DNA from: a bacterium
GTDB taxonomy: Bacteria > UBA8248 > JACPRG01 > G963555815
DNA length: 64,000 nucleotides
Direction: 5' to 3'
Assembly (NCBI GenBank): GCA_965218795.1
Contig: OZ244653.1
Span: 1,376,001 to 1,440,000, forward strand
How positions within the stretch are numbered: position 1 is the stretch's first letter; each line of letters opens with the position of its first letter. The notes beneath the pieces are model-generated. The model saw nothing but the letters and a program-made list of their open reading frames with translations. It ran no database searches and was not told the DNA's origin. Position numbers and translations under genes: made by a program. Positions 10,126 through 19,609 of the stretch are shown piece by piece.

Positions 10126-11844
10126 TCATTCCTGACGGTCGTGAACGGCCGGGGCGTATGAGTCTTGACTCGCCCTGTTTTGCGGAGCGGCCGGCCGAAA
10201 CGGACGATTCCTCAGCAAAACGGTCCGATGACGGTCACCAAAGCGTATGTCCCGCCGGACCACCTCCATCATGGACCGGAGGTCTTCAGGCATCGAACGA
10301 TAGTCCTTCACCAGCATGAAGATGTACGCCGTTCCCTGGAAATCCTTCAAGAAGTATCTCAGCCGCCAGGGCTGCCGAAAAAAGTAGAACTCTCCCGCCT
10401 TCTTGCCGTCCTCGAGACCCTTTGGCCCATATAGGGCCAAGGACGCCTTCCCCAGCCTGTAGGAAACGATGTGCGCCCCGTCGGCCGTGCGAACGACATC
10501 CCGGGCGGCACCAGCGGTGGAAAGACGGCTGTTGATGTAGGGCACCACCGTCCACTGCGCCGCCACCTGGACGACCAGGATTCCCGCCAGGAAGACCCCC
10601 ACCGCCCGATTCAAATGGCCGCTTTTCAGCAGCCAGAGCGCGACGGCTCCCGCGGCCGCGAAGAGCGCCCCGATGGCGGCCGCGGAAGTCAGCAATTCGG
10701 GCTCCGCGAGGCCGGCCCAGATGGGAAATCCCACCCCGCCGAAGATCATTCCGGCAAACGTAACCGCGAAAAGCCAGAATCCCAATCGCCCCCAGATCGT
10801 CCAATCCCCGTTCTCTTTGCCGAAGACCTCGTAGGCCAGGAAATGACCCGTCAGCAGAGCGGCGGGCGGCAATGCGGGAAGAATGTAGGAGGGCCGCTTG
10901 GAGGTGGACAGGCTGAAAAAGAGGAAGACGCACGCCCACCACAGAAAAATCAGGGTCTCCGAGTCCCGGGTTCGCCAGTTTCGCGAAGCGCCGTATCCCA
11001 GGGCCGCCAGCACCAGCCCCATCCAGGGGATAGAGTTGGGCGGAAAGTATCCCGCGTAAAAGTATACGGGGTTTTTGTGGTCGAATGCGCTCAGGTACCG
11101 GGTGACATTTTGCCGGAACAGCATCTCCCAAAGATGCTCGCCACCCGCAGCCCGGGCGTAGACCCAATACCACGGAAGAATGATCACCAAGAGGATCAGG
11201 ACTCCCGCGGCATAAGACCATCCGGGGAACTGCGACCACCGTGTGCGCAGCGTCAGATAAAGAAAACCCGTCAGCGCCGGCAGAACGGTCCCGACCGGTC
11301 CTTTGCTCATCGTGCCGAGAGCGGCCGCGACGAATGCACCAACCATCCAGGCCCCCGCTCCCCGTTCCTCTTCCGCTCCCAGGATGATGAATCCAATGGA
11401 GAGGGTCATGAAGAACGTCAGAAGCATGTCGGAACGGGCGAACCGAGCGCTGTCCCAAAAAAGAAAGGCCGTGCTGAGGATCAAGGCGCCAAGAAATCCC
11501 GCCGGGCTTCCAAATAAACGGTTGCCCACGAAAAAGAGGAAAAGAACGGTTCCCAGCGCGGCCAGGGCCGAAGGGAGACGTGCCGTCCACTCGCTCACGC
11601 CGCCTGCCACCTTGGAGAGAGCAGCAACCGTCCAAGTAAACAGCGGAGGCTTGGTGCCGTGAGGCCGGTACGACCAACGGGGGACCACCCAATCCCCGGT
11701 TTCGATCATCGTCCGGGCCTGGAGCGCAAAACGCGACTCTTCATTGTCCATCAGATGCTTCGAGTCCAGCCGCAGGAAGAACATGACCGCCGACACGAAC
11801 AGCAGAATGAGGATCTGGACCTTTTTCGATTGAGCGATCATCAT
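10126..11844 (-). CDS. ArnT-like glycosyltransferase (GT-C fold, family 39/83)
   Basis: ESRFA..ARTMIETGDWVVP, TKPPL, DMLLTFF, KGPVG, SKRPSYILP. Confidence 0.9.
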   Translation of the reverse strand: MMIAQSKKVQILILLFVSAVMFFLRLDSKHLMDNEESRFALQARTMIETGDWVVPRWSYRPHGTKPPLFTWTVAALSKVAGGVSEWTARLPSALAALGTVLFLFFVGNRLFGSPAGFLGALILSTAFLFWDSARFARSDMLLTFFMTLSIGFIILGAEEERGAGAWMVGAFVAAALGTMSKGPVGTVLPALTGFLYLTLRTRWSQFPGWSYAAGVLILLVIILPWYWVYARAAGGEHLWEMLFRQNVTRYLSAFDHKNPVYFYAGYFPPNSIPWMGLVLAALGYGASRNWRTRDSETLIFLWWACVFLFFSLSTSKRPSYILPALPPAALLTGHFLAYEVFGKENGDWTIWGRLGFWLFAVTFAGMIFGGVGFPIWAGLAEPELLTSAAAIGALFAAAGAVALWLLKSGHLNRAVGVFLAGILVVQVAAQWTVVPYINSRLSTAGAARDVVRTADGAHIVSYRLGKASLALYGPKGLEDGKKAGEFYFFRQPWRLRYFLKDFQGTAYIFMLVKDYRSMPEDLRSMMEVVRRDIRFGDRHRTVLLRNRPFRPAAPQNRASQDSYAPAVHDRQE

Positions 11845-13574
11845 CCGGAGGCGGGCCCGGCTCCGTTATATTCCGGGGGATCATGGGGAGGGAACGGTCG
11901 GTTGGTCAGGAGAACAAGGGACTCTTTCCGATATCTGAGGTTTCCGCTGAGAACGTGTGATCCCACCAACGCTTCCGGCCGCATGGATTCATAATTCTTC
12001 CGGCTCATCAAGACGAAGACCGGGTCCTGATGATATTGAAAGAAGTATCGCAGCTTCCCCCAATCGTAGATGTAATACACCTCACCCATCCCGGCGGGCT
12101 TGTAAAAGTCGAGGGACGCCTTCGAGAACCGATAGCTGACAAGATGATGCGGGCCGACCAGGGCCGCTACTCGCTGGGCATGGGGACGGGGAGATTTCCT
12201 CCGTTCCAAATAAGGGGCCGCAATCGGCTGAACGATGAGATGGACAATCAAGAAACCCATGGGGATGATCAGCGTGACCCGGCCCAGCGTGGCCCGGAAG
12301 CTGTCGCGCAGCAGCCATCCGCCCAGGATGAGCAGAGGGAGTGCCACCGCAATCGCGGGCACCAGATACATCCGAGTCTTCAGGGCGACAACGATCGGTC
12401 CCACCACGGCAAGGGCCAGGGCGGCGACAGCCAAGCCGCGGAACACTCCGATGCCGACTTTCCGCCATCCGGCCAGATAGCGACCGACCGGCGCGACCGC
12501 CGTCGAAAGAAAAGCGGCCGTGATGAACGCGGCGGCGGGATACAGGGCCAGGATGTATTGGTTTCTCTTGGACGAGGACAGGCTGAAGAAAATGAAGATG
12601 ACGGCGAACCAAATGACTGCCGTTCCGTAATCCGCCGTCTGGGACTTACGTCTGACCCACGCCCACGCGGCCCCCACCAGGAAGATCGGCGTCCACGGCA
12701 TGAAATCCCCCGCGAAAACAATGGCAAAGTAATAGAAGGGTTGGCGATGGTCGAAGGCGGCAAAAAAGCGCTGCCAATTCTCGCGGACGATCACCTCGCG
12801 GGCCACGGTCTCCCCCGCAGCTTGCTGATACAGCCAATACCAAGAGCCGTAAACGGCCATCGCGACCACCAGTCCGACAATGTGGGCCCCGTAGGGGACA
12901 TCCCCCCAGTTCCGCCGCGACAGGGTGACGCTCAGGAGGATGAATCCCAGCAGGAGCAGACCCACCGGTCCCTTGGTCAACATTGCCAATCCCGCCGAGG
13001 CATACCCTCCCGCGGTCCATAGGTAGCGAACGAAACCCTCCCGGGATTGGCCTCTCAGCACCCATGCCGCCGCGAGCAGGACGAAGAACAAGAGCAACAT
13101 GTCCGTCTGGGTGATCCTTGCACTTCGGTAGAAGATGACGTTGGTGCAGACGACCAATCCCGCGATGAAGGGGACCGGATACGGGAAGAACTGTCTCCCG
13201 AGAAAATATGTGAGGACGACCACTCCCACTCCGGCCAGCGCCGAAGGCATCCGGGCGGACCAGGCGTTCACATCTCCGGCGAGCTTCGAAAAACCGGCGA
13301 TGGCCAAGGGCAAGAACGGCGGCTTGGTCGCCTGCGGGCGGTGAGACCAGCGCGGGACGACCCAGTCGCCGGTTTCGGCCATGTTTCTGGCGATCAGCCC
13401 GAATCGGGTTTCAGCGTTATCCACGAGGCTGGTGGAGCCGAGCCCATACAGGGTGATGACCGCGGCGAACAGGGCCAACGCGATGGCTTCACCCCAGACC
13501 GTGGCGAGCAGGAAAGGTTTTTTCTGATGTCCAGATTCTTGATCGATCGAAGGCCCGGTACCGGAGAACGTCAT
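11841..13574 (-). CDS. ArnT-like glycosyltransferase (paralog)
   Basis: ETRFG..ARNMAETGDWVVP, TKPP, TKGPVG, SKRNQYIL; stop overlaps the next ATG. Confidence 0.9.
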   Translation of the reverse strand: MTFSGTGPSIDQESGHQKKPFLLATVWGEAIALALFAAVITLYGLGSTSLVDNAETRFGLIARNMAETGDWVVPRWSHRPQATKPPFLPLAIAGFSKLAGDVNAWSARMPSALAGVGVVVLTYFLGRQFFPYPVPFIAGLVVCTNVIFYRSARITQTDMLLLFFVLLAAAWVLRGQSREGFVRYLWTAGGYASAGLAMLTKGPVGLLLLGFILLSVTLSRRNWGDVPYGAHIVGLVVAMAVYGSWYWLYQQAAGETVAREVIVRENWQRFFAAFDHRQPFYYFAIVFAGDFMPWTPIFLVGAAWAWVRRKSQTADYGTAVIWFAVIFIFFSLSSSKRNQYILALYPAAAFITAAFLSTAVAPVGRYLAGWRKVGIGVFRGLAVAALALAVVGPIVVALKTRMYLVPAIAVALPLLILGGWLLRDSFRATLGRVTLIIPMGFLIVHLIVQPIAAPYLERRKSPRPHAQRVAALVGPHHLVSYRFSKASLDFYKPAGMGEVYYIYDWGKLRYFFQYHQDPVFVLMSRKNYESMRPEALVGSHVLSGNLRYRKESLVLLTNRPFPPHDPPEYNGAGPASG

Positions 13575-13699
13575 GGAAGGACGATAACAGATTTCCGAAG
13601 CCAGCCAAAGGCCGCCCGGGAATTCGGTCGGGAGGGCGGAATCCATCGAATCACCACACAGAGAAGTTTCCGTTCATCCCGAAGATTGTTGGGAAGCCT

Positions 13700-14516
13700 A
13701 GGGCCTGTTCACACTAGCGCAGTGCATCGACGATGAGCGCGAACAGGATGAAGCCGAGGTACAGGGCGTCGAGTTTCTCGAAGCGGGTAAAGATCCGGCG
13801 GAAGCCCTTCAATCGCCGGAACAGACGCTCGATCTCGTTGCGCCTCTTGTACGTCTCCCGGTCGTATGCCCAGGGATCGTGCCGGGTCCTAAGAGGCGGA
13901 ACCACGGGCGTGTACCCCAGCGCCAAGGCCAGTTGGCGTGTCTCGCTGCCCTCGTATGCGCGATCCATCACCAGGGACGGGTTGCCCGACCGCCGACCCA
14001 GGCGGTTCAGCAGCTTGCGCCCTTCCGGCGCATCGTGTGCCTGTCCGGGCGACAGCGAGAACGTCAAGGCCGTTCGAGCATCCGCGGCAACCAGATGAAT
14101 CTTGGTGGTCCAGCCGCCCCGCGACTTGCCGATGGACTGGGGGCCGTTTTTTGTAGCGCCCCGGTTCCATCGGGATGGACCTTGACGAGGGTGCTGTCCA
14201 GCGACACCGCTTCGAGCTTGATGCGCACGATCCGTTCCCGCTGCAACTGCTCGAAGACCCGGTCGAGCACCCCGTTCTTGGACCAGCGGTTCATCCGGGT
14301 GTAGATGGTGTGCCAGTTGCCGAACCGGGTCGGCAGCCCCCGCCACTTGCAGCCATGCTCGGCGACGTACAGGATGGCGTTGAGCACTTGCAGGTTCGAC
14401 ACGCTGACGTTGCCGCGCTGCACCGGCAGGGAGGGCGCAATGCGTTCGTACTGAGCTTGGGTGATCTCCATCCGCAAAGGATAACATAACCCCACCCATT
14501 AGTGCTAACAGGCCCT
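13700..14516 (-). mobile_element. IS5-family insertion sequence (two-ORF frameshift type)
   Basis: Terminal IRs AGGGCCTGTTCACACTA (13700-13716) and TAGTGCTAACAGGCCCT (14500-14516) around a transposase. Confidence 0.92.
13714..14471 (-). CDS. IS5 transposase, orfA/orfB joined by -1 frameshift at CAAAAAAC (14146-14153)
   Basis: orfA GCKWRGLP..FGNWHTIYTR..W, SLDST; orfB SRGGWTTKIH, MDRAY, YKRRNEIERLF. Confidence 0.88.
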
Positions 14517-14523
14517 GGTTGGA

Positions 14524-14973
14524 TCACACCAGGACTATTTCCTCGGTGATATCCACCGCCTGGGCGAACGTCCGGTGGACGGGGCAGCGGGACCGGAAGG
14601 CTTCCACGAGCCTCTCCACACCGGCACGATCCGCGCCCGCGCCCGGTTTCACCCGATATGTCAGCCGGACGGCATCGAGGATCGGGTCCGCGGCTTCGCC
14701 TTTCACGCCTCTTGGGTCAAAATCCCCCTCGACTTCGGCCGAGATGTCTTCAACGGGGACTTCCATCGTTCGGGCCAGATACTGAACGAACAAAACCGCG
14801 CAGGCGGCGAGCGGGCCGATCAGCGCCTCGACGGGGTTCACTGCCTCGTTGGGCCCGTCGATCAATGGGGGCGCATCGAGCCTGTACTCGTGACCCCGGA
14901 CCTGACACACCGCCTGTCCGGTACCGACGAGCCTCGAACCAGCCTTCACCGTAGCCATTTTCACATCCGCCAT
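14524..14973 (-). CDS. OsmC-family protein (Cys form)
   Basis: RBS GGAGGAG; DAPPLIDG.N.AVNPVEAL..LAAC...RCPVH. Confidence 0.9.
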   Translation of the reverse strand: MADVKMATVKAGSRLVGTGQAVCQVRGHEYRLDAPPLIDGPNEAVNPVEALIGPLAACAVLFVQYLARTMEVPVEDISAEVEGDFDPRGVKGEAADPILDAVRLTYRVKPGAGADRAGVERLVEAFRSRCPVHRTFAQAVDITEEIVLV

Positions 14974-15019
14974 CTGAATTCTCCTCCCGGTCGATTCAGA
15001 GCTGATGGGTCCTCCGCCG

Positions 15020-16324
15020 TCAATCTTGCGCTCCAGGACTGGAAGGACCTGAAGAGCCGAGTTTCTCGAAAGCTTCAAAGGCCTCAGTAAAGCATCTCAT
15101 GGGAGGGTGGGCAATACCTGCCCCCACCTGGCCGACGCCCGCGTCACGGTGGGCGATGCCCGTGTTGATCACGGGGCGGATGCCCGTCTCCACGACGCGA
15201 CACACATCAATCCCCGTTGGCGTCCCCTCAAAATTCATGGCGGGGATTGGAAAGGCAGGATGATTTCCGATGGTGATTCGGTCCATTTCCCGGGTATGGC
15301 GGAAGGCGTCTTCGACCTCCCCCGCGCCAACGAAACCTACGACCGCGGGCGCGGCCGCCATGGCAAACCCGCCGACACCGAGGGTCTCGATGATTGCGCT
15401 GTCTCCGATGTCGGGATTGGCGTCCTCCGGCCGGTACCCCGGGAAGTAGAGGCCCCGAGGCATCTCCACCGGCGCCGTGAACCACCGATCGCCCAACCCC
15501 GAGACGCGGATTCCGAAATCGGTGCCGTTCCGGCTCATGCAGGTCACAAGGGTCGAGCCCTCCACGTCGCGCGCCGGGTCCATCGAGGCTTTTCCAGCAG
15601 CCATGGCCAGGTTCAGGAAAAACTGATCATTGCCCGTCAGGAACCGGACCGCGCGCACCAGAGCCGGTTTACGAATCGGCTGGGCCGCCACGGTTGGAAG
15701 AACCTTTCGGGCGAAGATGGCCGTCGCCGCTACGTTTCGCTGGTGCATCTCATCGCCCATGGAGAGCGCCTGCGCCATGATGGGACGCAGAGAAATCGGT
15801 CCTTCGGCGCGCAGAACCTCCCGGAGGAGAGGACCGAAATCCCGCTCCAGCCACCTCAGACGGGCGATCACGCTTCGGTCGTTCGCTCCGAACCGCATGA
15901 CCTTCCCCAGTCCCTCATTGATCGTGCAGAAGGCGCGGTTGCCGGATTCCCGGTTCTCCACGACGAAGACAGGCATGGATTCCGTGATGATACCCGTCAT
16001 GGGACCCACCGCGTTGTAGTGGTGATTGGGATGAAAGTTGAGCTTGCCGGCCTCGGCCAACCCGCGGGCCTCGCGGTCCGTACGCGCCCACCCCTCATAG
16101 CGGCATGCGCCCAGGACCGCCCCCTGAAGCGGGCCACACATGGACTGCCACTCCACGGGAGGTCCCGCATGGAGAACGACGTGAGCCTCGAGGGCCGGGA
16201 TCACTTCCCGGGCGGGAACCACATCCTCCAGGACGGGGTCCGCCGCCAAGACAAGCGCCAGCGCTTGCTCGTTGGCAAGGTCTCTTTTGGATACGGGCAT
16301 AGAGAGGATCAACCGGTCAGGCAA
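15020..16324 (-). CDS. DUF1116 / YlbE(AllG)-like protein
   Basis: LHAGPP, AVGPMTGII, NEGLGKVMRFGA, MGDEMHQRN, PDIGDSAI, INTGIAH; start uncertain. Confidence 0.85.
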   Translation of the reverse strand: MPDRLILSMPVSKRDLANEQALALVLAADPVLEDVVPAREVIPALEAHVVLHAGPPVEWQSMCGPLQGAVLGACRYEGWARTDREARGLAEAGKLNFHPNHHYNAVGPMTGIITESMPVFVVENRESGNRAFCTINEGLGKVMRFGANDRSVIARLRWLERDFGPLLREVLRAEGPISLRPIMAQALSMGDEMHQRNVAATAIFARKVLPTVAAQPIRKPALVRAVRFLTGNDQFFLNLAMAAGKASMDPARDVEGSTLVTCMSRNGTDFGIRVSGLGDRWFTAPVEMPRGLYFPGYRPEDANPDIGDSAIIETLGVGGFAMAAAPAVVGFVGAGEVEDAFRHTREMDRITIGNHPAFPIPAMNFEGTPTGIDVCRVVETGIRPVINTGIAHRDAGVGQVGAGIAHPPMRCFTEAFEAFEKLGSSGPSSPGAQD

Positions 16325-16392
16325 TGGCCGATTCGTCGCAAGCCTGTCGAATTCGCCCGGCCTGGAGATCGGAAACCATCCGGGACGACCGA

Positions 16393-17031
16393 TTACGGCT
16401 CGTAGACCTGCACCTGAAACGGCCGGCCGGTGGAGGGACAGGCGCTGAGCCCACAGAGGGTATCCATCTTGGCCTCGAAAACGATGTAATCACCCGGCTT
16501 GCTCTTGCCGTCTTCGATGCCGCATTCCCCCGTTTCCATATCGAACCACACCGTCTGGAAAAGGTTCAGGGGGTCCGGGATGTCTTCCGGCTCTATGGGG
16601 TAATCCTTGAGCGCTTCCTGAAGAACCTCATAACACCCGAACGGGGGCACCCCCATGGGGCCTCCAACCGTAAACCGGTCCGTGAATCCGTGGTACATCC
16701 CATCCGCTTTTTTCTGATGGAACTGCTCGAACACCCAGGCGCTGCACATCCCGTACTGCATATCGTGAATACCGTAAGTGTCCTCAATAATCGTCAGCAG
16801 AATATTGTTGTCGCGGGTGTAGAGGTGATCCCCTACGGAAATGAGAAACTTGCCGTTGTCGGCCTTGGTCCGCCCCTGATCGAATCGCTCCTTCAGGTTA
16901 TTGGCATTGAACGTAACAAAGTCACCAATGGCGCCGCCCTCCAAATCGATCACCTTCATAGACTGGCCTTTTTTGACGACCCAGGCGCCGCCTTCCCGTC
17001 CCGGGATGTGATCATCATGAATCATGTTCAT
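16393..17031 (-). CDS. DUF1989 (urea carboxylase-associated family) protein
   Basis: VIDLEGG..GD, DTYGIHD...MC, GCYE.L, PDPLNLF, SKPGDY, SACP. Confidence 0.85.
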   Translation of the reverse strand: MNMIHDDHIPGREGGAWVVKKGQSMKVIDLEGGAIGDFVTFNANNLKERFDQGRTKADNGKFLISVGDHLYTRDNNILLTIIEDTYGIHDMQYGMCSAWVFEQFHQKKADGMYHGFTDRFTVGGPMGVPPFGCYEVLQEALKDYPIEPEDIPDPLNLFQTVWFDMETGECGIEDGKSKPGDYIVFEAKMDTLCGLSACPSTGRPFQVQVYEP

Positions 17032-17080
17032 TCCATATCTCCTTATTCATGGAATCTGCTTACTTCATGGACCGGGATGA

Positions 17081-17827
17081 CTAAACGAAGTATGAACCCC
17101 CGCTGACAGGGAGGGTGACCCCGGTAACAAAATCGCTTTCCGAGGAGGTCAGGAACATCACGGCCCCGACGACATCATCAGGATCCATGTGACGTTGGAA
17201 AACACGGGAGTTCAAAACGCTCTCCGCATAAGGCGGCGGGTTGTCCTTGTCGGGTCCCAGCGGGATCCAGTCCGGGGCGACCGCATTGACGTTCACGCCC
17301 AGCGGGCCCAATTCCTTGGAGAGGGAACGGGTCATGGCGATAACCGCTCCCTTGGAGGCGACGTAGGCCAGCATTCCAGGATGTCCCTTGTAAAAGCTGT
17401 CGGACGCGATGTTGACAATCCTGCCCCGCCCCGCCTTCTCGAAGGCGGGGACGACGGCACGAACACAGAGCATCGTTCCCCGGACGTTGACCCGGAAGAC
17501 TTCGTCCCAATCGTCAAGGGCAATTTCCATCAAGGGCCAACGGGCGGTACGCCCAGCGCGGGCAGCGTTATTGATCAGGACATCGATTCGACCGAACCGG
17601 TCCAGCGCGGCGTCTGCCATCGAGAGCGTGGATGCTTCCTCCCGGATGTCCGTTTCTACGAAGACACAGTCGGCCTGGTCGAATTGTCCCAAAAAGTCGC
17701 CAGGGTCGGCAATATCAGCGATGAGGACCCTTGCCCCCTCCTCAATAAAGGCGCGGACGTATGCCTGGCCGATTCCCTGAGAACCGCCCGTTACAATCAC
17801 CACCTGGTCCTGAAAGCGCACAACCAC
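17081..17827 (-). CDS. Short-chain dehydrogenase/reductase
   Basis: TGGSQGIG, INNA, YVASK. Confidence 0.95.
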   Translation of the reverse strand: MVVRFQDQVVIVTGGSQGIGQAYVRAFIEEGARVLIADIADPGDFLGQFDQADCVFVETDIREEASTLSMADAALDRFGRIDVLINNAARAGRTARWPLMEIALDDWDEVFRVNVRGTMLCVRAVVPAFEKAGRGRIVNIASDSFYKGHPGMLAYVASKGAVIAMTRSLSKELGPLGVNVNAVAPDWIPLGPDKDNPPPYAESVLNSRVFQRHMDPDDVVGAVMFLTSSESDFVTGVTLPVSGGSYFV

Positions 17828-17942
17828 CTCTCTTTTTGGGCTTTCCCCGTTTGCAGATCTACAAGAACCATTTTACTTTACCACATACCAGGAGAATCCA
17901 TCAGGAGGGGTTCAATTCCAGGGAATTCGGCCCGGTTCCGGC

Positions 17943-18761
17943 TCAACCGGGCGTCAGGCGGAACGTCATCTCATGCGGCGGAGCATCCATCAGGGCTGCG
18001 CGCAGAGCACTGTCCCGCTTGAATTCCTTTTGGGATAGTCGGCGGCTGCGGACGGTTGCCTCCATTGAATCGACGGAGAACGGCCAAGGGGAAATCCGAA
18101 GATGAAACGGGTCTACGAGATCGAGCGCGATGTCGGACGAACCATCTTCTTCGGATGGCCCTCTAGGTACTTCCTGAAGGCGATTCCGGTGGTTCCATCC
18201 GTTACATAAAACCAGTGATATGGTATCCATTGCGGTGACAAACTTGCCGTTCCGGAAAACGCTTTCGAGGGTGACGGTGCTCGGCTCACCAGCCCGTTCA
18301 TTGATCTCGTCGCAGATTTCGGCTTGGTACCCTTCCTGCTCGGCGACGTAATCCTGGAGGTCGGCTTGCTCATCGGGCGTGACCGGCCGAACCCAGCCCC
18401 GCAGAATTCCAGCGTATACGTTGGACGCGTGCCGGCTGATCAATGCCGCGGCATATAAACGGTCTCGATCATAGACCTTCCTCGCGCCGCGCCGGAAAAT
18501 CTCGAAATTGACCTTCAGAGGAGTTTCCGTGAAATGGGTTGGAGCGCCTTCAGGGTTGAGTGTGGGCTTCTCCTCCCACTCCGTCCACCCGCCATCGTGC
18601 TCGCATGTGGCCAGAAGGACGTCATCCCAAGGCTCGGGACGGAAAAAGTCCTCCGATCCCCAACGCTCGGCGACAAGCCCTGACAGCCGGGCATGCTCCG
18701 GCTGCCCGAAGATCAACCAATCGCCTTCCCACTCTCTCCGGATCACTTCAGGTTCTCCCAT
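17943..18761 (-). CDS. DUF3891-like protein
   Basis: QPEHARLSG.VA..WG, HDGGW, YAAALISRH, D.ISL.LC, PWPF. Confidence 0.75.
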   Translation of the reverse strand: MGEPEVIRREWEGDWLIFGQPEHARLSGLVAERWGSEDFFRPEPWDDVLLATCEHDGGWTEWEEKPTLNPEGAPTHFTETPLKVNFEIFRRGARKVYDRDRLYAAALISRHASNVYAGILRGWVRPVTPDEQADLQDYVAEQEGYQAEICDEINERAGEPSTVTLESVFRNGKFVTAMDTISLVLCNGWNHRNRLQEVPRGPSEEDGSSDIALDLVDPFHLRISPWPFSVDSMEATVRSRRLSQKEFKRDSALRAALMDAPPHEMTFRLTPG

Positions 18762-18782
18762 CGACGAGAGCGCCCGTTGGGG

Positions 18783-19343
18783 CTAAGAGACCGGCCCTGC
18801 CGCTTTCTGGAGTTCCCGCAACACGTCCTTCGCCGGCGGACGTTTCAGATAACTTTCCGCGCGAAACACCCACCGCACCTTGCCATCCTTGTCCAGAATC
18901 ATCGTCAAGGGATGGGCCAGCCCATTGTTCGAATTATACGTGCCGTAAAGCCGGATGATCTTCTTCTGAGGGTCGGGCAATAGGGGGAAGCTCAGTTTCC
19001 ACCCCTTGACGGTTCCCCGAACCGTGGGCGGAGGATCCGAGCTGATGGCGATCACCTCGCCGCCCAGCGATTTAATCTCTTGATATCTCTTTTCCAGCTG
19101 CACGAGCTGTTGTTCGCAAGAAGGTCAGAAATATCCCCGATAGAAAACCAGGACGACCGGACCCTTCCCCCGGTAGGAGGCCAGATCGATAGTTTTCCCC
19201 CGTGCGTCCGGAACTGCGAACGTGGGCGCCTCTTGTCCCACCGCCGGCGGCCCGGCCGCGGCGCCCGTACCCAGCTGAACGGCCGCCAGGACGCCAAGAG
19301 GAATCATCCATACAAGCCAACGTGCCCGGCACAAAGATATCAT
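18783..19343 (-). CDS. Exported AhpC/TSA peroxiredoxin-like protein, probable selenoprotein (TGA 19127-19125 = Sec73, UxxC)
   Basis: ORFs 19125-19343 and 18783-19103 are in frame: VVLVFYRGYF-U-PSCEQQLVQLE...VIAISSD...FPLLPD. Hairpin CAGCT-CGTGC-AGCTG lies 15 nt after the TGA. Confidence 0.88.
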
Positions 19344-19609
19344 CCTTCTTGACCTCCTTCATCGCTTTCCATGTGGACCGGAGTTACTTATTCTTCCACA
19401 CTTTCCTGCGCCGTATCAAAACCACGTATCCTTTTCACTCAGGACAACGAGCCTGCGGGACCAATATTCCCCGATGACCGTGGCCGCGAGGTGGGGAATC
19501 AATCCGGGAGTATGACAGAACCATCTTATCGGTTTACAATCAATGAAAAGGTAAAGAGAGCGATTCCGAGATTTTCGCCACCATCCGCTCCAGTCAGGAG
19601 GAGAAGACC

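Noticed and set aside
14524-14526. Other TGA stops as further Sec codons (e.g. second OsmC, cyclase, DUF3891)
   Set aside because: They fall at the natural C-terminus of complete domains, with no conserved-Cys position or continuing domain downstream
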